64,000 bases of DNA from Isurus oxyrinchus (lineage: Eukaryota), in assembly GCA_026770705.1 (NCBI GenBank), contig JANJGN010000038.1, positions 2,170,001 to 2,234,000 on the forward strand, read 5' to 3'. Positions within the stretch are counted from its first letter, which is position 1. Every line of letters begins with the position of its first letter. The position numbers and the translations under genes were made by a program. Below the pieces are notes generated by a model. That model was not told the origin of the DNA and did not search any database. It worked only from the letters and a program-made list of their open reading frames with translations. This document shows positions 51,112 to 64,000 of the stretch, one piece after another.

Positions 51112-51192
51112 AGGGTGGAAAATTGACCAGTGTATAATCGCCATCGATCGGGTAATGACAGATTCACCTCTACCGAAGTCGATTTTCAGCCT
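51112..51192. mobile_element. Tiny MITE-like element
   Basis: Imperfect TIRs agggtggaaaattgac / gtcgattttcagcct. Confidence 0.4.
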
Positions 51193-51809
51193 CAAAGCGC
51201 TGTTTGGACAAAAAGCAGAGAAAAGTGTCCTAAGTGTGGGGTTTCGTGCCCATAACATGAAGGTACAGATAACACGGGGGGACAGAAAAGCAGTTGGAGT
51301 CATATCTGCAAAGACTAAAGGTTGTGATGCAGAAAGACATCGAAATAATAATCTAGAAATTCCATTTGTGGAAATAATAAACTAAAATCGAAGACAGTAA
51401 ATTACATTTTGCTTTCTCAATTTAAAGTTATTTTTAACCAGTTTAGAACAAATGGGATATGAACTCAATTGAAATATTCGATACAGGGATGTGACAATAA
51501 GTTAAAGGGCAGAGAGATAAAAGTAGAAATAGACAGAGAACTGGTGTACACTGAGCGTCAGCTAGATGGTTAAAGAGAGGATCAGAAACATAGATAGAGC
51601 TACCTAGCGAGGAAGAAAAGACAGAAATAGCAGTTTGGATGCAGAACGAGAGAAAGGGATAAAAATCAGTAGAGGGATTACTAACAGAAAGATAGAAAGG
51701 AAAGAGGACGAAAGCAGAGCTAGAGACAAGGAGAGATAGAATACGAGAGATGGGAGAAAATATTGGCAGAGTGAGAAACCGACCGCAAGACAGAAGTAAA
51801 GATAGTTAG

Positions 51810-51900
51810 GGAGATAGATAGATTGATTGATTGATAGGGAGATAGACAGTTGGATAGATGGATAGATAGATAGATAGATAGACAGATAGATAGATAAGAA
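51810..51900 (+). repeat. (GATA)n/(GATT)n microsatellite
   Basis: Directly visible. Confidence 0.95.
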
Positions 51901-54631
51901 GAAGAAAGAGGTGGCGGCAGATAGTGAGGCAGAGAGATAGACAGGAGATTGTGTTAGACTGTCGATGCAAGTAGAAGCAAAGAGGAACAAAAGACAGAGG
52001 GACCTAAAGAATGAGAACGGCGGGGTCCTTGTCATTTGCTGAGATCCGAAACAGTTCCGTTCATTTTCAATGCTACAAATCATCTTCATATTGTTAATTC
52101 TGACATAAAATGACAGACGTACACTTCAGCACATAGCTTTCCAGGCCGGTGCTGCGTGCTGCCAGGTGCAGGCTGCAACCGGTACATAAAGCTCTGTGTA
52201 TTGATTTACTGCAGGACACGCTGCCTGTGGTTTTGCACAGCAGCAGAAAAACAGGATGTTGGCTGAATAAAATTAGAAAGAAGACAGCGCAGTTATCTTT
52301 TTAGCCTGAATTAATTCGCTGCCTCTGCTCCATCTCAAACCCAGAAAATATTGTTCACATTTATTTAATTGAAGATTATTTCGAATTTGAGAAATATAAG
52401 CGGGCATTTAATTGTAAGTGTAGAAATAGATAACCGGGGATCTTAGACTAAAAAACATCCCTGGGAAATGATAAGGAGGTGATCGAAGGAGATTACAGAG
52501 AACATCTCCAGCTGATCTCGCACTGTCACAGACCTGGTAAGCCAATCACTTCACATTTAACTCTAATTACCAATATTCTTTAATGTACATTGGGTTATCT
52601 CCCTTTAACATTTCTCAGGGTCGATAAGTACAATAACCCTTCTAAGCCTGTTTTGTGGTAGTCCACAAGGTTTTGCTAGGACGGTTCTACCTGGCAATCA
52701 GAAGTGAGAGAGTCCGATTCAAAGCCTAACTTCACAGAGTTCATACTGCCGATTATCCGGCTGCATTGCAACAAATGTCTTGAGTGACAAATAGTAATTA
52801 AGGAGAACCTGGTCGCCTTAGTAGTTTGTGCAGAAATTAAATATCCTACCGAACGATCTGCTAAAGAATAGAATGCTCCTTGTTTCCCAGGACCATCTGT
52901 CTGCTCCAAGCAGTGGCAGAACAGGTTTGTACGAGATGGCAGTATAGATATTAGTGACTGAGTGGAGGCTGGACAATGGCAGCGAGGGTTTGGATGATGG
53001 GTAAGAATCTAGGCGACTAAAGAGGAGCATGAAGAATTTGAGAGAGCTCTGGATTATGGCAGCGTGCAGTTCAGCGTAGACCCTGAGTATCAGACTTATT
53101 GTTGGAGGCGGAAAGGATTCTGAGTGATCAGCGCCTTGAAAGCAGTAACAATACCACAATGTTTAGAGTTAATATAATTGTAGAAGTTAGTGAAATAGAG
53201 TGTTGCTAGGAAGGGAAAATGGACCTTAGTTCGAGTTCTGGCTCTAGCTCATAGAGAAAAGAATACTAATCGGCCTGTGTGGCACGACATAGATACTTTA
53301 CTCATGAGGCTCCAGGTACGACGATAATTTGAGGAGATTCACTTTTGGGGGCGATATGTGATAATAAATCGTATGAATGATATTGGAAAACTGAGTGACT
53401 GGTAACAAAAAGGATTCCTAGTGTTACAAATGTGGGAGGCTTCATGGTGAAGGAGGTTGATGTTGGAGGCTGGGGTTATTCATGATGAGCTCTCTGAGTA
53501 ATGAGAAGGTGGGGCGGCCGAGGGGTGAGTTATCTGGGTGACGATGTTTGAGGTTAGCGATCAGGGCTCTGGGTGATGGAAGTGCGGGGATACGATGGTG
53601 GGCGTTTTGGATGCTGGGAGTTCGGGATTAGTGATAGTGAGGATTCTGGATGTTGTGAGTGTGGAGTTACTGATAGTGACGATTATTGATGATTGGAGTG
53701 TGGGGTTAGTGATCGTGAAGGTTCTTGATGTTGAGAATGGGGTTAGTGATAATGAGGGCGCTGAATTTGGGAATAGGGTTAGTGATAGTGAGGACTTTGA
53801 ATTTTAGGAATGTGGGCTTAGTGATAGTGAGGATTCTGGATGCTGGGAATGTACGATTAGTGATAGTGAGGATTTTGAATGTTGGGAATGTTGGTTTAAT
53901 GACAGTGATGATTCTGGATATAGGGAATGCAGTTAGTGTTAGAGATGATTCTGGGTGATGGGATTGCCAGGTTAGTAATAGTGAGGATGCTGGATATTGG
54001 GAAAGTAGGGCTAGTGATGCTGAGGGCTTTGATGTTGTGAGTGTGCGGTTAGTGATAGAGAGGGCTCTGGATGTTGGCAGTGTCGGGTTTGTGATAGTGA
54101 GGATTCTGCATGTGGGGAGTATGGTTTAGTGATAGTGAGGAGTGTGGATGTTGGGAGCCTTCGTTAGCGATCGTGAGGCATTCTGGGCACTGGGAATGCG
54201 GGGACAGTGATGGAGGGGATTCTAGAATTTGGCAGCGTGGGGTTATTGATTATGAGCATTCTGGATGTTGGGAATGTGGGGGTAGTGATAGTGAGGGTCC
54301 TGCATGTGAGGAGAGTGGTTTAGTAACAGTGAGAATTCTGTATGTTGGGACTTTGTCAGTGATAGTGAGGGTCCTGGATGTTGGGAATGTGGGATTAGGT
54401 ATTTTGAGAATTCTGGATGTTGGAAGTGTGCTTTGCTGATAGTGAGGATTCCACATATTGGGAATGTGATGTTAGTGCTAGTGAGATTCTGGATTTTGGG
54501 AACGTGGAGTTAGTGATAGTGAGGACTCTGGAAGTTGGAAGACGGGTTAGCAAGAGACTGGAATCTGGATGTTGGGATTGTTGGATTAGCGATAGGGAGG
54601 ATTCTGGAAGTTGGGAAAGTGGGGTTAGTGT

Positions 54632-55600
54632 GTAATTTCAGAGGCCCAACCATCTTAAGCACTTTCATCAATGACCTTCTTTCTATCATAAGATCCGAAG
54701 TGAGAATGTTCACTAATGATTTTGCAATGTTCAGAGCCAAATCGAGACTCCTCGGGTACTGAAGCAGCACATGAACAATTGCAACTAGATCTGGACTGGG
54801 CTGACAAGTGGAAAGCAAACGTCGCACCACACAAATGCCAAGCAATGATTTTCTCTGACAAGAATGAATCTAACCATGCTGCTTGATATTCAACGGCATT
54901 ATAATCGCTGAATTCCTCGCTCCAGCATCCTGGGGGTTAACATTGATCAGAAACTGAGCTGGAATTGACAGAGAACTACTGTGGCAACAAGAGCAGGCCA
55001 GGGGCTAGGAATCCTGCGACCAGTAACTCACCTCCTTACTCCACAAAAGCCTGTCCACTATCTACAAACACAAGTCAGGAGTGTGATGGGATACTCTCCA
55101 CTTGCCTGGTTGAGTGAAGCTCCAACAATACTTGAGAAGCTGGACCCGATCCAAGACAAAACAGGCAACTTGACTGGCACAGCATCCAGAAACATTCAGT
55201 CCATCCACCACCGACTCACATTGACAGCACTGTGTACCATCTACAAGATGCACTGCAGGAACTCAACAAGGCTCCTTCGACAGCAGCTTCCAAGCCCATG
55301 GCCGCTACCATACAGAAAGGCAAGCGCAGCAGATATATGGGGATACCAGCACCTGGACATCCCAACTCAAGCCACTCACCATTCTGACTTGGAAAAATAT
55401 ATCGCCATTCCTTAAATGTCTCTGGGTCAAAATCCTTGGAGTCCCTTGCTAACAGTTCTCCGGGTGTACCAAAATCACATGGACTGCAGCGGTTCAATGA
55501 GGCAGATCACCACCACCTTCTCAAGGGCAATTAGGGTTGGTTAATGAATGCAGGCCTAGTCACCAATGACCAAATGCCATGAATGAATAATAATAAATAA
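54632..55600 (+). mobile_element. CR1 family-2 3' fragment in the satellite (copy 1)
   Basis: GPTILSTFINDL..FTND, WADKW and QVRSVMGYSPLAW, plus the family tail. Confidence 0.9.
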
Positions 55601-55844
55601 AAATAGTGACAGTGAGAATTGTGGATGTTGGGAATGATGTTAGTGATGGTGAGTATTCTGGAATTTGGGAATGGGGCTAGTGATAGTGAGGTTTCAGAAT
55701 GTTGGGAGTGTGGTTTATTGATAGTGAGGATTCTGGATACTGGAAATGTGGTGTTAGTGATAGTGAGGCTTGCGGATATTGACAATGGAATTCGTGAGAG
55801 TGAGGATTCTGTACATTGGAAATGAGGTTAATGAGAGTGAGGAT

Positions 55845-56110
55845 GCACTGCTTGTTTGTCCACACAACCACACCCGCAACCCCTTCCCCACCCCTCTCTC
55901 TCTCTCCGCCCCCCACACACACACCTTAAACCAGCTTATATTTCAACTCTTGCTTGGACTCCAACTCAAGTTCTGTCGAAGGGTCATGAGGACTCGAAAC
56001 GTCAACTCTTTTCTTCTCCGCCGATGCTGCCAGACCTGCTGAGTTTTTCCAGGTAATTCTGTTTTTGTTTTGGATTTCCAGCATCTGCAGTTCTTTTGTT
56101 TTTATTATTA
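55845..56110 (+). mobile_element. Penelope-like terminal-repeat insertion with 16-bp TSD and hammerhead motif
   Basis: Flanked by TAATGAGAGTGAGGAT at 55829-55844 and 56111-56126. Contains the hammerhead motif (55969-56007) and gatgctgccagacctgctgagtttttccagg. Confidence 0.85.
55969..56007 (+). ncRNA. Minimal type-I hammerhead ribozyme motif (PLE-associated, core variant)
   Basis: AGTT-CTGTCGA-A-GGGTC-atgag-GACTC-GAAAC-GTC-AACT. Stem I AGTT/AACT, stem II GGGTC/GACTC, GUC cleavage triplet; core A6 is replaced by U. Confidence 0.65.
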
Positions 56111-56384
56111 TAATGAGAGTGAGGATTCTATATATTGGCAATAAGGTTAGTGATATTGAGGATTCTGACTTTTGGGAATGGGGCTAGTGATAGAGAGTTT
56201 TCAGAATGTTGGGAGTGTGGTTTATTGATAGTGAGATTTCTGGATACTGGGAATGTGGCTTTAGTGATAGTGAGCATTCTGGATGTTGGGAATGTGGGGT
56301 TACTGTTAGGGCGGATTCTGAATTTTGGGGATGTGTGGTTAGCATAAGGGAGGAATCTGGAAGTTGGTAAAGCGGGGTTAGTGG

Positions 56385-57335
56385 AGAATTCCCGAGGCAC
56401 AGCTCTTTCATCAATGAAGTTCCTTCCATCATAAGGTGAAAAGTGAGAATGCTTGCTTATGATTGTGCAATATTCAGAACCAAATCGCGACTCCTCAGGT
56501 ACTGAAGCAGCCCTGAACAAATGCAACTAGATCTGGACTGGGCTGACAAGTAGCAAGCAACTTTCACACCACACAGGTTCCAGGCAATCACTGTCTCTAA
56601 CAAGAGATAATCTAAAGATGCCCTTTGACATTCTGCTTTACCATCACCCAATCCCCCACTATCGACAACCTGGGAGTTATCATTGACCAGAAACTGAACT
56701 GGAATTGACATAGAACTACAATGGCGATGAGAGCAGCTCTGGAGCTAGGAATCCTGTGGCGAATAACTCACCTCCTGACTCCACAAATGCCTGTCCACCA
56801 TCAACAAACACGTCTGGTGTGTGATGGGATACTTTTCACTTGCCTAGCTGAGTGAAACTCCAACAACAATTAAGAAGATCGGACTGATCCAAGATCCAGG
56901 CCACTTGATTAGTACAACAGCCACAAGCATTCACTGCATTCCACCACCGACGCACAGGCGCAGTATATCATCTACAAGATGCACTGCAGGAATTTGCCAA
57001 TGCTCATTCGACAGCAGCATCGAAACCCATGGCCACTATCATCCAGAGGGACAAGGGCAGCAGGCACATGGGAACACCATCATCTGGAAGTTCCTGCTCA
57101 AGCCGTTCACTATTCTGACTTGGAATTATAACACCGTTCCTTCACTGTTGCTGGATCAAAATCCTTAGACTCCCTCCCTAACAGCTCTGTGTGTGTACCT
57201 ACACAACATGGACTGCAGCGGTTCAATGAGGCATTTCATCAACCACCTTCTCAAACGCGATGCGGGATGGTTAATGAATGCTGGCCTAGACAGCGGCGCC
57301 CCAAATGACATGAATGAATATAACAAAACCAAAAA
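56385..57335 (+). mobile_element. CR1 family-2 3' fragment in the satellite (copy 2)
   Basis: Collinear with 54632-55600, with the same 5' truncation point and flanks. Confidence 0.9.
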
Positions 57336-59179
57336 TATAGTGATATTGAGAATTCTGAATGCTGGTAATGGGGTTAGTGAGGGTGAGGATGCTGGATGCT
57401 GGGAATCGGGTTAGTGAAGAGAGGATGTTGGATGTTTGCAATGGAGTGAAATTTCTAGATGTTGCGAATGTGGGTCTGTGACAGTGAGGATTCTGGATGT
57501 TGGAAATGGAGTCTAGTGATTGTGAGGATCCTGAATGTTGTGAATGTATTCAATGATAAGTGAGGAACCTAGATGCTAGGATTGTCGTTACTAATAGTGA
57601 GGATTTTGGATGTTGGGAATGGAGTTACTGATAATGCAGATTCTGAATGTTGGGAATAGATTCAATGATAAGTTAGGAGCCTAGATGCTGGGATTGTCGT
57701 TGTAGTAGTGAGGATTTTGGATGTTTGGGTTATGAGGTCTGTGATGATGTCGTTTCTGGTTTTGGGTTGTGCGCTCAGTGCTGATGAGGTCTCTGGATTT
57801 CAGGTTGTGGGATCAGTGATGGTGAGGTTTCTCGATTTTGCGAATACTGTGTTAGTGATAGTGAGAATGCTGTATTTTGGGAAATACGTTCGTATTTTGA
57901 GGGTTCTGGATGTTGGAAATATGGATTCAGTGCTAGTGGAGATTTGGATGTTGAGAATGGGGTTAGTGATAGTGAGGAACTTGGATGTTTCAATTGGAGT
58001 TTGTGATTGTGAGGATTCTGGATGTTGAGAGTGTTGGGTTAGTGATAGTGAGAATTCTGAATGTTGGGAATGGAGTTCTTGACAGTGAGAATCCTGGAAT
58101 GTGGATATATGAGAGTGAGGATTCCGGATTTTTGGAATGGGGTTCGTGACAATGAGAATTCCGGATGTTAGGAATATGGGGCTAATGATAGTGATGATTC
58201 GGGATGTAGCAAATTTCCTTCATAATGTTTAGAATTCCTGATGTTGGGAATAGAATTTTTCATTCTGAGGGCTCTGGATGTTGGGAATGGGGTCAGTGAT
58301 AGTGACGATTCTGGATGTTGGGAATGAGGTTAATGATAATGAGGAATCTGGATCTTGGGAAAGGTGTTAGTGATCATGAGGAATATGGAAGTTGTGAATG
58401 TGGTCAGCAATCGTGAAGAATCTAGATGTTGGGAATGGGGTTAGCAATAGTGAGGATCCTGAAATTTGGGAATAGGTTTAGTGCAGTGCAGATTCCGGAT
58501 TTTGAGAATGGTGTTAGTGATACTGAGGATTCTGGATGTTGGGAATTGTGTCAGTGATAGTAGCGATTCTGGATGATTGGAATGGGTTAGTGTAAGTGAG
58601 GAATCTGGATGTTGTGATTGGGGTTAATGATAATGAGGAATCTGGATTTTGGGAACGATGTTAATGAGAATGAAGACGCTGGATGTTGTAAATGGGTTAA
58701 GTGATAATGAGGATTCTGAATGTTGGGAATAAGTTTAGTTCTAGTGCAGATTCCAGATTTTGAGGACGGTGTTAGTAATAGTGAGGAGTCTGGTTGTTGT
58801 GAATGGGATTAGTCATAGTGAGAATTCGGAATGTTGGTAACATGGTTAATTACTGTGAGGATTCTAGATGTTTGGAATGGAGTTAGTGATAGCGACGATT
58901 CTGAATGTTGAGAAAGTGGGGTCAATGAAATTTATGTTTCTGTATGTTGGGATTTTCAGGTTAATGATAGGTATGTGGGAATAATGGTAGTGTGGACTCT
59001 GGATGTTCGGGATGTGGGGTTAATGATAGTGAGGATTCTGGATGTTATGGATGTGGGGTTAATGATTTTTATGGTCTGGATGTTGGAGTTGTGGGGTATT
59101 GATATTTACTGATCTGGATGTTGGGTTTTTCGGGTTAGTGATTGTTTTTATTCTGAATGCAGTGAATACTAACGTTTCA

Positions 59180-61050
59180 TCTGAACGAAATTCCTTCACC
59201 CTAAATAATTCTAATAACTTTCATCAGCACCATCTCTAAGTTCTTGTCATTTGCCCTGAAGTATGGTGTCCAGAATTGGATGCAATATGACAGCGAAGGC
59301 CTACGCAATTGTTTCTGAACATTTTTCATAACTTCCTTGCTTCTGTTTTGTAATCCCTTATTAAATAAAATAAAAGATCCTATAAGCTATTCATGTCTTT
59401 CCAATTGCCCAGTCCCGTTAAAGGATCTGTGTCTGTACACCATCTCTGTCTTTTGAACTCCTTAAATTTATCCTATTTAATTAATATTGCCTTTCTTCAT
59501 TCGACCAACCAAAATGTGCCACTATATACGCTTAACTATATTAATTGTTACATGTTACATGTTTGCTCACCTGACAAGTCAAAATCCGCATGAAGACTCT
59601 TACAATCCTCATGCTTTGCCACATTTTTGAGTCAGTATGATTTGTTAACTTTCAAGTTATTCCCTGAATGCCTAAGTCCAGCCTATTAATAGGCATCAAA
59701 ATAGCAGTGGACCTGATACAGACCACTACAGATCAGCCTTTTATACTGCTCTCTAGTCTGAAAAAAATTAACTGCTCACCAGTACCCTGTTACCCAACCG
59801 TTTGGAAAGTTCTGTTTCCATGTTTCTTTAACATCATAAGTTTTTATTTTGATAATGTTTCACTTGTAAACAACGTTTGCAAGTTCATACAGACAACATG
59901 AACCAGATTGTCCTTATCAAAGCTTATTACGCCTTCACCAAAAGCACAGCATTCGAGTCAGTTAGACAGAATTCCATTTATTAGCCCAGACTTTTGTTTC
60001 AAATATAAATTATTTTTGTCCCGGACTATTGCCTTTAAACATTTTCTACACCAACATTAGGATCTTTAGCCTGCAATTACTTTGTTCACCCCTCTCCCCT
60101 ATATATAAACAGGGGTGTAACACTTGCAGTCCTGAAGCCATGCGGCACCATCCCCGTAGACAAGGAGGATTGTCAGCTTCAGGTCAGAAACTCCACAGTG
60201 TCCTCCCCTACATCCTAGCTAACTCAAGGTGCCACTGATTTAGGTTGGTGGCTTTCCAGGGTTGGCGATGGACAATCTTGAAGTACCTTCGCTTTCTCTA
60301 TTTTTATCCAATGAAATGTTGCTTCCATCTTTATGTCTGCATTGGCAACATTTGCTACTCAAATAAAGATGCAAAGTCGACATTTAGTGCTTGAGCTTTG
60401 TTTTCTGCCTCTACAAGAAGGTCTGAATCTTGACATAATGGGCCCAAACATCCTTTGATGCCCTGCTGCTGACAGAAGGGGCTTGCTTCATTGTTATGTC
60501 AGCAGCAAATCTATTTTAATGATATATTTTCACTGCTCTAAACTATCCGCAACTCCAATCCCCCCTTCCATCCCCACCAACTCCCTCTCACCCCCGCCAC
60601 ACTGCCCTGAAATTCATGTTTTCAGATTATCCCTACATTCTTTTTGATTCAGCTTGGTTTTCTATTGTGATATGAAAAGAACATTGTCAAAAACTGCCTT
60701 TTCCTCATTTCATTTTAACCTCTATATATCTACTTATTTACGAAACTCTGCCTTTGAATTCCCTTGTTTTCCACCTCGTAAAAATGTGCCTCCAATTTCC
60801 CAGAATCATCTTCGCTTTGAAGTCCTCCAATTCCACAATTACCCTTTTGCTGCCAGTTTTGGTTTCACTCCAACGTGCCAGGGTCAAATCCCCACTGAAC
60901 TCACTAATGTTTATGTTTGTTTTGTGCTTTATTGAGTTTGTCCCCTTTCCATAACCTCTCTAAACTTGACATTTTGGTCATTCTTTCACAAAGCTTTACC
61001 CACTGAAATATGCTCCAGTTGCCTCACTTCATTCCCAGACACAGATCCAG
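59180..61050 (-). mobile_element. Highly decayed CR1 LINE, antisense
   Basis: atggtgtccagaattggatgcaata is the reverse complement of YCIQFWTP; further RT-like remnants follow. Confidence 0.6.
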
Positions 61051-61099
61051 CACTGTTTTCATACTGAATGAGCGAGGGAACAAAAACACTGATTATGTG

Positions 61100-61305
61100 A
61101 AATGTGCCGCCAGGAAGTCTGGTGAAGGCAGGTTCAATAGACGTATTCAAAAGAATATTAGATGATTATTTGAATAGAAACAATGTGAAGGAGTACGGGG
61201 ATGGCAGGGCAATGACACTAGGTCATAATGCTCACTTGGAAAGCCAGCACGGAAACAATGGGCCGAATGGCCTCCTTCTGTGCCGTTAAAAGTCTGATTC
61301 TGTAA
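61100..61305 (+). mobile_element. CR1 3' end
   Basis: ORF 61104-61289 (VKAGSIDVFKRILDDYL) and the gggccgaatggcct tail. Confidence 0.8.
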
Positions 61306-61475
61306 AGTCGTGCTTGCATTCAATTCAAAATATTACCTCTTCTCTTGGCCGGTAGTATAGATCATTTCCCAGTCTAAATTAGGATCATTGAAGGTTCACA
61401 TTATCAACACTCTGTACTTTTTTCTTCTTTTTTAAAGTAATAACATACAGATATCCTCCTTTATCTAAGATACAC

Positions 61476-61634
61476 ATAAATGCTGCGGATGCTGGAAATC
61501 TGAAACAAAAGCAGTAAATACTAGAAAAACTCTGCAGGTCTAGCAAAATCTGTGGAGAGAGAGAAGGAGTTAACGTTTCGAGTCCGTGTGGCTCTTCTTC
61601 AGTGCTGCTGAGTTTTTCCAGCATTTTCTGTTTA
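61476..61634 (-). mobile_element. Penelope-like terminal fragment with intact hammerhead core and inverted tail
   Basis: Minus strand CTGAAGA-A-GAGCC-acac-GGACTC-GAAAC-GTT-AACTC (61602-61567), abutting the plus-strand fragment ctgctgagtttttccagcatttt (61605-61627). Confidence 0.8.
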
Positions 61635-62849
61635 TGCTCTTGTATCTCCTTGCAACACTTTGGTGGTCTGAAGTATACATCCTAGCATAGCTGTTCCTCT
61701 TTTGCTCCTTAACGTTAACCAAATGGAATCCATCTTTGAGCACGCAATGATATCATCCGCCACCGTCCCCATCCCCCCCGCCCCCACAACCCGCCACCAC
61801 CTCTCCCCGCCCCCCAGCGCTTTAACATTTCATTCGACCAACATTGCTTCTTTATTCCATTCCCCATCATTGCTGATACATAATGGAAATAACAATTCAG
61901 TTTTTAATCCAAGCCGGTATTGAATCAGTTCCCTGTTCCTTCCACCATAGCAGAACCCCACATGGCGATTTTGTCTGCAGTCAAACTCCATTCATCACTA
62001 CGTGCACTTGCACACGTGCTCTGCCAAACATTTCAAAATATCTCGGAATTTGCCTCCAGTCTGTTTCCTCCTGTTTCTCAAGTATTCTTAACTCTGCTGC
62101 TATTTGCCTCTCCTGGTGTTATGTGCGCCATGTTTTTCCTATCATCCTGTAGCTCACCTATTATTTGAAAATAAATAATACCTCAACTCAATGGCACTAG
62201 TCCCTTTCTTGAATCAATTCACCGACCGGCACTTATAACAATAATTACGCTGGAATCTGTTTGTGTTAACGGTGAGCAGCTGCGATTTTCCTAAAATAGA
62301 TATATATGAGGCAACACAAATAAGCAGATGGCAGTAAAATCGCAGCAAAACAGGCCGAATATTTATGTAAATTAGCGCAGAAATAGGGCCACAACAGAGA
62401 GCTTAGTGACAAAAGAGTAACCAGAAATTCCCCACCAACCAAAACAGATTCATAATGATCAACGAATGCAAATATTACAATGAGGAACACAGATTGCTTC
62501 AGTATTTGTTGATTCAATGTTTTTCTTTCCCATTAGTAAAAATGAAAAAAATGCAGGATTCTACACGGTGATAAGAGCAAAGAATCTTCTGCAAAGCATG
62601 CAGTTCGACAAAACAGAAAAAAACATTTCTGCAAAAACATACCATTTCCAACATTTCTACTTAAACTGTAAGCATATTTCTGTGAATGGCCCATTTTTAA
62701 TTTTACAAGAGGTAGCAAAAACTCTATTTACGCATTGATTTACTGTTTGTAGCATATAAATGATTTTTTAAACCCTGTGTTCTCCAGATTTAAAATATTT
62801 CTGGGGCTACCAATTTATTATCTGTTTTTCGTTCCCTCTTCTATTCAAC

Positions 62850-63755
62850 CATCTTCTGTTGGTACAACAATGACCTTCCTTTCATCCTCAGGTCAGAAGT
62901 GGAGATGTTCGCTGATTGCACAATGTTCAGCACCATTCGCCACTCCTCAGGTACTCAGGACAATATCCAGACTTGGGCTGACATTTGGAAATTAACATCC
63001 CCACCACACAAGTGAGAGGCAATAACCATCTCCAACAACTGAGTATCTAACCATTGCCCTTTGACGTTCAATGCATTGCCATCGCTGAAATCCCCAATGT
63101 CAAATACCTTGGGGTTACCTTTAACAATAAACTGAATTGGGCGAGCCATATACAATGTGTGACTACAAGAGCAAGTCAGAGGGTATGAATCCTGCGGCGA
63201 GTAACTCACCTTCTGACTCCCCAAAGCCTGTTCACCACCTACAAGGTACAGGTTAGGAGTGTCCCCACTTGCTGGATGAGTGCAGCTCCAACAATACTCA
63301 CGAGGCTTGACACCGTCTACGCCAAAAATGCCGCTTGATTTTCAATACATCCACAAACATTTACTCTCTCCACCACCAACAAATGTGGCAGCAGTGTGTA
63401 CCAGCTACAAGATGCTCTGCAGGAATTCACCAAGGCTCCTGAGACAGAACCTTCCAAACCCACGACCGCTACCATCTATAAAACAAGGACAGCGGACACA
63501 TTGGGACACCAGCAACTGGGAGTTGCCCTTCAAGCAACTCATCATCCTGACTTGGAAGTATATTGCTGCTCCTTCGTGTGGCTGGGTCAAAATCCTGGAA
63601 TTCCCTCCCTCACAGTTCTCTGGGTGTACCTACACCCCATGGACTGCAACAATTCATGAAGGCAGCTCACCAGCACATTGGCAAGGGCAATCAGCAATAG
63701 GCAATAAATTCTGGCCTAACCAGAGAGGCCCATACCTCATGAATGAATAACAAAA
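62850..63755 (+). mobile_element. CR1 family-2 3' fragment
   Basis: FADC (atgttcgctgattgc) RT motif, collinear with the 54632 copy, tail ...atgaatgaataa. Confidence 0.9.
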
Positions 63756-64000
63756 AGCTTTCCTTTTCCTGCCTTTCCCTCTTCAATTCAAGACGGTTAT
63801 TCCTACTTCCCTTCCCCTCTCTGCTAGTCTTCAATTCAGCAATTCAATTCTCCTTCCCTCTCTTTCCATGATCCATTGATGAATATAAGTCACTTTTCTC
63901 TCTTTCTCACTTCAATTGAACAAATTACCTTTTTTTTCAATTTCTAACCGTTTTACTTTTCTATTCCATTGATGAGAGTTAGATCTCTTTGTCATATCTC

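Larger units (their letters stand above)
53400..59165. repeat. Satellite array, ~37-39-bp unit GTTAGTGATAGTGAGGATTCTGGATGTTGGGAAT(GT)GGG
   Basis: Tandem units throughout, interrupted by two CR1 copies and a PLE-end insertion. Confidence 0.95.

Noticed and set aside
51604-52089. 161-aa hydrophobic ORF
   Set aside because: Antisense translation of GA/GATA-rich microsatellite sequence
53400-59165. ~37-bp repeats as a CRISPR array, and the many ORFs across them
   Set aside because: Contiguous degenerate tandem units without unique spacers, no cas genes, vertebrate context; the ORFs are translations of satellite
62266-62517. Hydrophobic 83-aa ORF (possible membrane protein exon)
   Set aside because: No recognisable motif, non-ATG start, no convincing splice context

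Overview
This is eukaryotic, repeat-dominated genomic DNA, almost certainly from a shark or other cartilaginous fish, judged from the CR1 LINE families, Penelope-like elements, GPR139-like receptors and sigma-cart-like Ig light chain. The most notable locus is a complete three-exon immunoglobulin light-chain-like gene on the minus strand (~41.65-46.34 kb). It has an octamer/CCAAT/TATA promoter, a 46-nt leader exon, and a V exon already fused in frame to J with no RSS (germline-joined, non-rearranging). It also has a GC-AG J-C intron with clustered kappaB-like sites, a C1 exon with an apparent 11-nt frameshifting deletion, and a polyA signal. Two GPR139-like GPCR genes are present: exon 1 of a minus-strand gene at 1.25-1.34 kb, and a two-exon pseudogene at 17.6-21.9 kb. 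The remainder is repeats: two large satellite arrays (22-bp and ~37-39-bp units), many CR1 LINE fragments, a decayed Gmr1-like Gypsy LTR element, Penelope-like elements with minimal hammerhead-ribozyme motifs and 5' inversions, Harbinger Myb-like remnants, SINEs and microsatellites. Exon boundaries were read base by base; repeat boundaries are approximate.
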